Assembly (NCBI GenBank): GCA_002633005.1
Contig: NMRA01000249.1
Span: 539,117-603,116 of the forward strand
DNA length: 64,000 nt
Origin: Phoronis australis
Taxonomy: Eukaryota > Animalia > Phoronida
Direction: 5' to 3'
Within the stretch, counting starts at the first letter, position 1. Each line of letters begins with the position of its first letter. Position numbers and translations under genes: made by a program. Under the pieces are notes generated by a model that did not search any database, was not told where the DNA came from, and saw nothing but the letters and a program-made list of their open reading frames with translations. Shown here piece after piece: positions 26,571 to 38,900 of this stretch.

Positions 26571-27092
26571 CTATAGGCGAAACGATAACGTTTCCTGTGA
26601 GCTAGTAATATGAACGATACCAGTACAGGAACGTACAATTGTAGACTGGGCAAAACTAAGGGACGTCGGTCGACACGAAGCGGTGCTTGGCAGAATGGAA
26701 TGGCTGCGCTTTCCCCGCGTAAAAACACTAACAACAAATAAACTGAAACGAATCCAGTAAACCTGAGTAGGGAAAACAGTGGTTATACGAGTTCGTCAGT
26801 TATAAGAACGCAATCTTTTAAATATGGGGAAGGTGGAGAGAACATGAGAGTCGGCAACGGGGGCGCTGACATCTGCGAGAGCTTACTGCGTTGAGTGTAT
26901 CGTAGGGCTCGTCTTCTTCACGTTTAGAACCAGCAGCATCAACCAGAGGCAGCGATTAAGGCCCGAGGAACAGAAAAAAGTTGAGAACTAGGAGGCGACG
27001 TGTGCGACAAAAATAGCGGGTGCATGGGGCAAGAGCCGGTAGTGTAACGTCGTTGCATAGGAACATGCGGTGGAAACTGTCATGGGTCATTC

Positions 27093-27220
27093 CAGTGGCG
27101 GATTTAGAGGGGGACTAAGGTGGCCATGGCCTCCCCTAAAACCCCCAGATTCCATTTGGGTGTTCGGGGGTGCGCCGTCCGACGGGCAAAATCTTGGCTA
27201 ATACTCTGCTCTGGCCCCCC
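27093..27220 (+). mobile_element. Truncated hAT-like MITE end (CAGTGGCGGATTTAG family)
   Basis: same terminus and following sequence recur at 42927; related termini at 47675, 50707 and 52002. Confidence 0.55.
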
Positions 27221-28788
27221 TTTCGTGATGATTTTTGACAGCTTAACCAAAAAGGTACTTGAAACGTTATTCATTTAATTAAAAAGGATTAGTATCGCAT
27301 TGTGGAATAAATTGGATCCTCAAGTGATCATACCGAAAACATCTTGTTAAGAAGTGAAATTGTGAATTGGTGAACAGACACCCCAGCCCATGCTGCTTTG
27401 TCACAACCTCCCGCTACACAGCGGTCTGGAATTCCTCTTCAAATCCCAACGCCAGTTTAATAAAAAATATGTTGAAAAGTGAAAAAACACTAGAACTTCC
27501 GGCACATAACAGTGGAGATACAACTGTACTCGACCGACTCGGCATTGCTTGGGATACGTCTCGCTGATTTGACATAGTAAATGAAGATAGCCGAAGTTAA
27601 CATTTTCTTGTTCTCAGAATTTTGTGGGGAAATGAAAGCATTTTTAAAAGAAATATTTACGAAATGCGGTATGAAAAAGGCAAAAATATTGTTCATAAGT
27701 AATCTTTATCAATCGTCAAGACATGTGTAGTCATATTAATAATAACAAATTAGCTTTCAACTTATTACTTTTTCAATGTGCATCGATTATGACGGGTAAG
27801 TCACAGTCTGTCTTTATGCGTTGGGATAGCAAAACTCCAAACGTTAGCGTAGAACTCTAGGCAGAAATAAATCTACATACATGACTGTACAATCCTATAA
27901 CAGGGACAGCGTGTTTTTGAGAAAGTAAACGCAAATGAGCTTTTTGGAAAATGTTTTGTTATTACACATGAATGACATGAAAACATTTCCTTGCTTTCTT
28001 CTAAATGTGCATGTATATCAGGTTATATTGAACTTTACGAATTTTATAAACAATCAAACACCAGATTCATGTAATATTCAACTTTTTCAATCAGAAATTT
28101 TCATTATTAGTATCCTGGTTGCTAAGTTACTGAACAGTCCCCATTTGTGCTATTTTTGTTTACATTCGGCAGTCCTGGGAGGGCGTAATAGCGTTATTAA
28201 TTGTCTTCGAAATGTATGCTTTGCACGTCGATTGGCTTAAGACAGGTCCGTCTCGTAAACTGATTGTCGTCGGTTAAGGATAGCAGATGGCACCACTTTA
28301 TTGGGCATCGACCTGCAAATAGGAGTTAGAGATTGCACACCAACATAATGACTTTTGATGACACGTTATGTTAAATGGTCAATGATGACGGCGCATTGAC
28401 CGAGCTATTACTACAAAGTCAGTATTAGTGATGACAGCATAGCCGTGTACGGTAAAGCACAATCGCCGTTCTACAACTTCTTTATTAATTGTTCATACAA
28501 CAGGGTGGTATAAGTAGATTTCACGGATGCCGTCCATAAAATCATCATCGTATGACGCCAACGATACTTGGCACGGTTCAACAACTGCATAACCTGTGAT
28601 TTCATTGCGTCATAAACGCTTTTAACATTAAACTATTGTAATGTTGGGCAATTATTTCGCTTCACCAAGTCTTTTGTTTCCTGACTTGTAGGCTAAGCTG
28701 ACCATGACATTGCTCATCGTTTTGTTCACAGGAAATGTGGACAACAACTAATGGATTAAACTTTCCTTAGACGGCAATCACAGTCCTC

Positions 28789-28972
28789 TCACCTCTTCCT
28801 CAGCTTTTCCCAAGCAACATAACTCATCCAGGTCATAAACAAGACAACTATGACTCCTAGCCCAGTCAGAAACATTACTTCCGGCATGTTGACTGAATTT
28901 CGAACAAACGGCGGCGCTGTGTATGCCACTTCAGTCGTCATCGGAGGATTGGTTTTACGGCGCTGAGGAAAC
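28789..28972 (-). CDS. Lectin exon, transmembrane helix and basic stop-transfer tail
   Basis: FPQRRKTNPP...EVMFLTGLGVIVVLFMTWMSYVAWEKLRKR*. Confidence 0.72.
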
Positions 28973-29893
28973 CTTAAAATTTAGAAGTGATTATTTATTG
29001 AGCAATAACAAACGTTCGTTGAAACAAGTTTTTACTTTTTGATAGCAGTGCAAATTTTGCCACTTATCTGGACTTTGACAGAATTGTGAGAACGCAGATA
29101 GTGGCAATTGGTTCTAAAAAGAATTGCATTTTCTATGGCAGTCATTGACTTAAAAAGAAAGTATTAACGTTCCAAAGTTTTGTAATGCAGTGAGTATCGT
29201 GCATTTGGAATATTCATAGAAATGTAAATGATTGGTTTTCTTCTTTCAGTTACATGTACCTGAATAAACGAAATATTCTGCGCGTTGCCAAATGTGCGCC
29301 AGTAGCAACAGGTGTTGTCATGGTGACTACTCCCGTTACCACGGAATGTTTATCCCTGTTGCTTTGCGTTTGGGTAACACGATCACAAGTGCACCTGCAA
29401 GGTTGACATGTGGAGATCGTTGAATCGGCTTTGAAGACCGTTGATGTGAGGTCTGCATGAGTACTTTTCAACGGCAACTTTGGATTCGTGAACTGTGATG
29501 GCAGTTCTGTTACTGATGACGATTTCATTGTTTTTGCTGGGGCTGAAGTAACTGTCTGTGTTCGAAGTGTAGACGGCCATGACTTGGGAGACTGAGTAGG
29601 TATTGGTCTAGTTGCTTGTGTTTTTGATGTCACTCTCTGTGTCGTGCACTCCGCCTGAGTGTGCATTGTTGAGTGCGATGTCTTAGATGACGTGACTGTG
29701 CTAAGATTGTTAGCATCCGTTGCAGTTGTCGCTGTTTCTTCCTTGGATAGTTTTGTTGGATTTGGTGTTACTGGATCTGGTGTTGTTGCCGGTGATGATG
29801 ATGATTCTCTTGTTGTTGGTGATGTCGATGCTGCTAGTGTTTTTGCCTCTTTTGTTGTTGTTGTTGCAACAGGTTCACTTGTTGTTCTTTCAG

Positions 29894-29955
<62 letters not shown>

Positions 29956-32900
29956 AGTGTGGTTGCTCCCGCTGCTGTTGATTGTCCTGCTACTGATGTG
30001 GTTGTCGTTCGTGGTGGTGGTGTGGTAGTTGTTGGTGACTCTGTAGAAACATCTTCTGAAAAATGAAATATATCAGCAATGTTATCTCCATAAATGTTAG
30101 CGCCATTATCATCTGTCATGACTTCTCATGCGTCACTGTGTCAAGTCAATACTATGACCACTTACGGCTGTTCAGAAAGGCAAAAATTGTGAGTTTGGTT
30201 CAATCATCTGTTACGTAACACCAGACCGGTCAGGCTCTCAGAAGTGCCGGTGTCATTGCTGACATTGCTGTACTTAGTGTAACAGATCCAACATGTCCTT
30301 TTTAGTCTTATTCATAAAAGTGCTCATAATAGCATCTCTGAAAACCAGTCATTGAACTTGAGATTTGTTCTGTGAAGAGTGTGCTTTTGAATGCGTGTTC
30401 CACAAATCAAAAATAATTTTTTACTTTATAAACATAGGCTAAACAATTATTGGAAAGCCAATTCTGATTGAGTTATCTCGGACAAAATTCTACAAAATGA
30501 GAAAAATTTGATTTTAGACCCAAGTCCGTCAAATGTACATGTATATCATCAGTCTTTGCTTTGTTCTCCGTAACCTGATACTGAGTCAGGTCATTTTAAG
30601 ACGGTCAATAAATCCCAGCATGTTTGTTGAGTTACTCTGTCTCATCAAAACACAGCAAATTACCTTAAAAAGCAGAAAAACATCAATATACTACTTTTTC
30701 AACATGGTCTGGATAAAGAAACCTTATCCTAAAAATCTGACCTACTGCTTGAATCAACACACGGTCTTACGAGATATATGTATATGTACTAATAGGTTTG
30801 CACCATTGAACACCCGTGCATCACATTTCACCATCACTAAGACTTCTTATCGTTATCGTTGCCGGCATCGTCGTCGTACATGCTCTTCGCTGTACCTCTG
30901 TGCAATCGTACTACTTAGAGTTCGTCATTAGCTAAGCTACAGTATGTTGATAAAATTATCTTTCCTCTGCTTCAAGTAAAGTGTAGCTCATTGTTCCAAA
31001 CAGCCGCTACGTATTAGTAAAGGGTATTTTGAACATTTACTAAGAGTAAACAAAAGGCGAACAATACCATACTGACAAACGAAGTTCCGCTTTTGCCCGC
31101 AATCAAGGTCATTCCACAAGTGACCTGTCGTTCCCATGACTTCAATACAGTGCTCATCTTGGGGATTTGACGGCTGCCCTGGTGACCAGAAGAGTGGGTT
31201 TGTTACGTCGCTCGTTGCTGCAAATTTAAAAACAAGTGTCACGTAGATCAATCTTCAATTCAACACACAGTATATCTACTCTGTCTTTTTTCTTTCGTAG
31301 TGTAAAGTCAATCTTTTCAGTTGCTGTGGCGCAATAGAAAGACGTTCATTGATGGCTTTTCCTACGTATCCGTAAAAATATTATATAAGCAAGTGGTGAA
31401 TGGTTTACAACAATTACTTTAGGCAAGAGTTAATTGTGGACAGTGTTGGACATACCTGGATTGATTTTAATATAATTTCAACGTTTGATGTATTGCTAGT
31501 CCAGTATATTACATTAATTATGTAAACTATCAGTTTTGAGAGCACAACGACACAGCAATTTCATTTGTGAATGTGAAAGATTTGCTGGAGCAAATGTTTG
31601 ACTCATAATGTTACCATCCGCCCATGTCCATGAGACGGGCATATCTCTCTCCCAGTAGCCGTCTATCCAGTAGACAGCTTCACGTCTCTTCTTTATCTCT
31701 TGCACAATAATGAGGTTTTCTGATGACGACCGAATCCTCGCTAGAATTCCCTTGCGTTCTTTACACCTTTCTATTGCTTCATTCCAATTGTACCGGGCAT
31801 TACGGTAGAGGTTGTCTTTCTCGAAGTAGTAATATTTTGTGTTGCCAATAAGGATGCATTCCCCTTCCGTTGTTAGTTGGCCACATATAGTGCTGTCTGA
31901 TTTCAGTTGATATTATATGAAATGAATAGAACGACAAAGGATCAAATGGCATACAGCCAATCAAAAAATTGACCATCGCAAGAGTGGAAACAAAATGCAG
32001 TGGTTCTTTCTGGTAAGAACTCTTTTTAATTTACTCTAAAGCTCGTTAGAACTATGTATTTTACGACAAGGCATATTGGACTCAGATAACAGCGTTGTTT
32101 TATCCATGACAAGAAGTTGGTGATTGCACTATTTAGTTCGTCGTGAAATTTCACAGATATTACACCTGTCGTTTGGTTGCTTTATAAACATCATAATGAA
32201 CATTTGATACACCAAGCATTTGTTTTATCGACAGTCATGTGCTTAAGTTCTGCTGAGGTAGAAATTTTTAAAGTCATTTAATCCGATTTAAAAGCACCTT
32301 GAATTTTCGTAAAACATACTCTCTGATATGTAATGATACTTAAAAAGAACTTTTCGAGAGTATGAGATCGTTCTACTGCCTGTACATATTTTTTTGTTTT
32401 ATTGTTTATTTTCTTGAAATCTGCTTAATCAAAACAAATGAATGTTACCCATAATGTTGTGTGGTTTGACATTCTGGTAACTCGAGACAAATAGTCAACT
32501 GTTTCCGGTACTGCTTCGAAGAAGACAAATTCGCCTTAGCGAGTTAATTTCGTAGTTTCTTGGACATTTTGATGATGATATTGCACCCTGTGTGAACTGA
32601 ACTGTCTATTACGCATAGAATTAGATGAAACCATCACCTAAGTTGAAAGGTTACACGTCATTAAGCTTGGAAAAGAGCGACAGTTCATTTCATTTTCGGG
32701 TGACCTTGTAAGAAGAGACTTTTCTCGGCATGAAAGCCGGTTGTACGATTTCACAAGAAACAGGAAAATAGAGATAATCTATTCCAACATTGGGCACTCT
32801 CTTCGCGAACGGCTTCTTAAAAATTTGCCAATCAAAACACGAAAAGGGTGGCCACTTGATTGTCATCAATGGTCCTCTTCAAGAGCTGGGCCCTTAAATA

Positions 32901-35900
32901 AGGAAAGATCATATATTTTCAAAAGTCAGGAAATGCGCAGCAAATGATGTTGTCAGCCAGGCAATCAATTCTCTCAAGTGATACATAATTTAGGGAAAGT
33001 AAAACACGAAAAAATAGAGCGACAGTTGTCTTTGTTATCCTTTGCTATAGAAGGGCCTCTGGAAAATGTAACTTTGCATTTATGCATTTGCAAAACTGTC
33101 TTCAAATTTAAAAATGCAGTGATTTAATATGCTCTGCAAAAGCTTCGCTTTACGAACTTTGTCGATTTTTCGTTCGAAATACATGACCCTAACAAAAATG
33201 TCCTGGCCAGGCCCCTCAAAGGGTAAACCATGCACTGATACTGATTTGTCAAATGTTCTCTTGAATTTTCTCTCTTATCCGTATTCGTATTCGTTCTTTT
33301 CTCGACTGTCCCCGGCCCCAAGCCTATGTCGGTTGCCATGGTCTAACCTTGACTCCTGCAAATTTTTTTTTGGGGGAACGGCCACCCCCCCCCCGCCTCC
33401 TACGGCCCTGTATTGTAGTTGGATATACCCTGCCTGACACTCGATGGTCGTGGGTTGGATTTTTACCTGCTGGCCATTTTCATACTTTGGACTTGAATTT
33501 CAAATTTATTCTTGGATTTTCATTACCATAAGAAAATCATCGCCTATCACCAGGGATTCTACACTCTACTAGTCAGTTAGCTAACGCACATGAAAACAAA
33601 CTAGTGGAACAGCGATAACAGCCTCAGGTCTAATGCAAGCACACTTTAGTAGTGTTGGTAGACCGAAGCTTGTTGCGAGAAAAGTAAGATCATACAAAAT
33701 CATGCTGGGATTGGGAGGCAAACTATTTGAAGTCTGTTATTCAATGGATAAATATGGTTTTCAAATTGCAGGAACCTGGGAGTAGTCATACCATCATTAC
33801 TGGACAATATACTATGAGTGGGACCTCTAAGGCAAAGGGGTATAGCCAAAGACAGACTAGCAGGAACATTAATAAGGGTTGAGCAGGTTAGGCCTACATC
33901 TCAGGTGACTGGATATTTTGGCTTTGTATTATCGGTGTTATGGCCTCGAATGGATAAATAAAGGGCTGGGGACAGAGACAGAGGAAGATTGATGAAAGTG
34001 CTTGCTTTTATCTTAAGCACAAGGCCTTTCCAGAATCATTTTATCAAGAACGGAATATATCGGTTTACAGGGCAGAGTTCCTAACGAGTGATTCGAAAAA
34101 CATCTGCCCTCCTTGAGTGTCGTCTGTTATCACACTTGTAGCATCAGTATTGACAAGTTATCGCAAGAACTAAATTTAATTGGTATGAAAACATAACGGT
34201 ACACTCAAAGTTTTGCATAAATGTGTATGAATGTATCCATGTACTGCTCAGACTGGCAATTTTGTATGATTGTCATGTTTTTATAAACATGAAAGGAAAG
34301 CTCTCGAGTCCTGTTGCTTAATGCAGTGGTTTCTACATAAGTTCTTGTGTCTCTCTAGTTGTTTTCTTTCACTAGTAATCCCATAAGTTTAATAGGTATG
34401 AAAAATGTAAACCTGTAATGAAATACATTTGCTAAGTATCACTTAACAAATGCCTCATGAAATGCTGAGTCTTGTACTAACTTAAACCTTCATTGTAAAT
34501 GGACCACTGGATTTTTGATGTACACCAGTTTGCACGTATGCTGACACCAACAAGAATATTGTTGAAAACAACATTTCCCTTCATGTTTACGTCATGTTTA
34601 AACTGCTACTCAAAAAATGTTTTCCAGCCTCACATAAGTATATCTAAGGATGAGGGTATTGTATTCAACTTGGTGTGTCCATGTTCACTGTGTTGTGGTG
34701 GGTATCACCAGCTGTGATTGTCACAATGGTGTACCTGTGGCAAATGCTAAGAAATGTCCACTACAGTGAAAAGATCTGTAAGAAGCCACTCGTATTTTGT
34801 TCGTGCTTGTGAGTATTTTTTATGAATACAGTTTTGGGAATCCAGGTAAGCACCCTCACTATGCACATATGTGACTCTGTTAAAGAAATCACTACTGACA
34901 TGACGTTTGGAATAACCTTGTATCATTTTCCTTCCAAAGCTATAGCTGCCCCCCCCCCTTCAGCATCCTAGATCACATGTGTGCAGTCTGTGTCAGAACG
35001 TCTTTTCACTTCATAATGGTGCTTAGTGTTGTCAATGCACACTTAAATCTACAACACTTAGTAATAGGTACAAAAGTCTGAAATTGAGTTGTGACAAACC
35101 TAGTTATTTTTGTTGTGTGTCAATGAAACAGTCAATAGGCTTTGGAATTACAAAAAAACAAATATGCATAGGCTGAGAGTGTGCTATTTAGGAATACTAA
35201 CAGGGCTGTTGGTATACCGTCATTGATTCACCTTTAGTACTGTGTGCAGTCTTTGTTATCCATTTATAGAAATAAGTTACTGCTTGGAGCCCAGGGCCCG
35301 GTCTCTAACCTTTGTACTTGAAACGAGCTCGAAACTATCTTTGGCAATTTCTCTGCTTCTGTTGTGCGAACTTAAGATAATTGGTTATCAGACTGTGCTC
35401 GAATACATTATAGTTTATGCATAGGAGTTTCTAGTTCAAGTTTGCCCTTGAAGACCCTTATATTCGTGCTACAAACTCGAGTAAAAACTCGAACTTTCGA
35501 GTTCACACTCGAACTTATCGCATTAATATTGGGTTTACAAACTGTGAACTAAGGGCAATAAATTATCTACGTAAGTTATTGTGTACTCGAGCACAAAATA
35601 ATAGACACTTATCTTGAGTTCGTCCAAAAGTAGAGTACAAAATGCCAAACCTAATTTAGAGTTCCATTTCGAGTAAAAAGATTGGAGACCGGGCCCTGGT
35701 CTACATCTCGTACGCGGGTGTGAATCAAACTTTGCTGCAACCGGGGAATCCACTGACCTAAATCAGATAGGCTTAAGGCCTTGCATGAGACAGGGGCCCC
35801 TGTTTCGTCGCTTTACATGGAGTTGCCTCACGAAAATGGGAGCGCAGACAATAAATGGTGAAAATCAAGAGTTGGTTTATTTGATGGGAGGCAGGTTCAT

Positions 35901-38900
35901 AGCAGCTTTAACAGCAATGACGTAATCACATTAACGAACACAGTGGATTTTCAGTGCCAAAGTTTAACACGCACACCATCAAATGCGTTTCACTGCAGTA
36001 ACACTCAAAGTAACATAAATGTAAATGCAAACAAGAGCTGCTGCATGACATGTACCGTAATAAATCGAAATATGCTTGAAGTCATTGACAAATTTGGTTT
36101 CATTAGTCTATTCCCACCACCACGTGGATCAACAAAAGCAGATGATGCTGGTTGATAGACTCAACCTGAACCAACTTACATGAACACTTCAATTACAAAG
36201 CAGGTACTGTATCACTGTTTTTGGGGTCACCTGTACGCATACAGTGATCAAGTATTGTTGGTTTACTAGTGTAAAGTAAAATGTCAGACTTATATACTAT
36301 ACAGTAAATGAATAAGATGAAACAATATTGTCGTGCCCTGTTGTACTGACTGCAGTTTATATCCACGTCAAACTACTTTGCAAAGAAACTTTAAAGATAG
36401 TGTCAAGTGTTCGCCGAAGTAGTGATCGTTTCTTTTGATAGATCAATTAACTTTTGTAACCATTGCAAGACCTCAAAGCAATGAACTGGTTGGTCCCTGA
36501 AAGTCACGTGTAAAGTTTGTGCACGCCTTTTTCTTTTTTTCAAGCACCTGTTAGTTATGGACGCCAGTGCCAGTGGAGCATAGACTGTGGAGTTCAGAAA
36601 ACACACAAGTGTAAGTAAATAAAATACTAGTTTAAGGCAGGCACTTGATTTTGGAATAACTTGAAACGAGATTAAACTACAGTGACTTAACAATTTTTTT
36701 AAGTGATAGGTGGCACCACAGCACCCTCTCCAAGCGGAGGTCTAAGTCAAGTCCAAAGTGGGTAGAAAATCAACAAAAAAGGACGGACAAGAGCGAAAAA
36801 CAACCAGAAGAACGAGCAACAGTAGAAGGTTGACCTTCAGCAACAGACGTCGACGACACTGGTCGTTCGCTGGAGTCAAGGGGAGTTGCCGGCGAGTGGA
36901 GCACTAATGGTGTAGTGGCATCGGGACATGGGAAGGTGTCATCCAAAGTCATAAACTGGGTGACACGAGTGGCTTTGAGACGATCAACAGAAACTTTTTG
37001 CTTGCGATCTTTAATGTCAAGGTGTAGAACTTGTCTATTGTGTTGATTATGCGAATTGGGCGCTGGAGCGGATGGTGATAACCACCGTGGCTCACATACA
37101 CATACCCAGTAGACGCCAAGTTGGAGGGTATATTGCTGGGTGAGGCCCCATGGAAACTAGGTGGCGAGGGCTGCGCAGTACGCACCGTGTGTTGTAGATG
37201 CATTAGCAAAATCGAGTCCGGCTCCATCGTACAAGCATCGAGTGGCTGAAGAAACTCACCCGGTAAGTGAACAGGTGACCCATACACAAGCTCAGCAGGA
37301 GAAGAGCCAGGCTCTACCCGCCAGGATGCACTTATTCCCAAGAAGACCAGTGGCAGCTCTGCAAACGAGTGCGGGCTGGTAGTGGGCGCCTTGAGCGTTC
37401 TATCATGCCATTCGCCTGCGGTTGGTATGCAGTTGTGGTTTGACTCGTAGTACCCAAAAGCATTTTACATTCACTCCGAAGCGCCGAAGTGAACTGAGCA
37501 CCATGATCAGACGTGATGTCCTCAGGCACATCAAAGCGGGAAATCCAGTGACAGACAAGAGCAGCCGCACAGGACGAAGCTTGGGCGTCAGGAAGAGGTA
37601 TGGCCTCGGGCCACCGGGTGAAAAGCTCAATGATCGTGCAAACCTGGCGGCTGGAGTTGAACGTTCTACCAAAGGCGCCTAGGTGTGTCGATGTATCTTG
37701 ACACTCTTTGCACCACCGCCGTTTATTACATTTCATACCACGCCAGACAAAACGCTGAGTGATAGCCTGCTGAGTGGGGCAAGCACCAGCGTGAGGTAAC
37801 CCATGATACGATCAAAACCAGCACGGGTCCAAGTGGTTGGGCAATACAGGTCGCGGTGTGCAGTGGGTGGATTACAAAGCAGGGCCGAAGTGCCAAACGG
37901 AATATCTTGCAGAGCAAGGCCTGTTGCAGCGGTACGATACTCTGCCATTTTCAGAGACTGGTCTTGGTCATGAGCCAGCTCGCTGATGTCACCAATAGAA
38001 AAGATGCGAGGGTCCTAGATACATGTACAATCATATGTATGTCGTTAATGTCGAAACGGGATAGTGCGTCAGCCACCACGTTAAACTTGCTTTTAAGGTA
38101 TCGGATGTCCGTAATGAACTCGGCTATAAAGGCGAGGTGCCATGCTTGACGAGGGGAACTCTCACTGCCGCTGTTCAATGCCGAGACTTAGGATTTAGCC
38201 CTCTAAAATGCCTGTGTTACAGGCTGCCAGGAGTTCACAGTTCAAAGCGCTGCACATCTGCTACGTTCCTGAAAGTTTGCGTGAGAAGAAAGCAAGAGGA
38301 ACCCAAGCACAGTCCTGGAGTTGCACCAGTTGAGCACCTACGTTCTTTTAGACGCATTGACCGTAACGATTGTTGGCGAGGTCGGGTGAGGGTGACGAAA
38401 AAGTTCAGCTTCTTTAAAGGCGTCTTTGGCCTTTTCGAAAGCAGTTTGGAAGTCAGCTGACCAGTCAATAGCTTCACCTTTACCTGCGCATGGAGTAGAG
38501 TCAGGGCATCTGCGACGTTTGGAACAAAACGATGATTGCACATGTAGTTAATCAGTCCCAGAAATCGTTGTAGCTGAGTGCGATTTGTTGGAGGAGCACA
38601 ATCTGGAATAGAAGCCACTTGGTCGGGGAGACAATCCCTCGAGCTGTGACGTGGTGTCCAAGGAAAGCCAATTCGGCAGCGTCGAAAGTGCACTTGGGCT
38701 TATTGATGACGAAACCGTTGGACGACAGCAGCTTGAAAATCTGACCAAGATACTCGAGATGTTCGGCATGCGAGCGGTTGGCCACCAAGATGTCATCAAG
38801 AGCGACAAAAGCGAACGAAATGTCCCATAAAATACCATCCATAAGGCGTTGGAAACACTGGGTAGCATTCTTAAGGCCAAAGGGCATGCGAAGAAATTCC

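Noticed and set aside
29659-30066. Poly-Val and poly-Leu ORFs on the + strand that look like TM proteins
   Set aside because: Antisense shadows of the Thr-rich mucin exon and its (GTT)n repeat.
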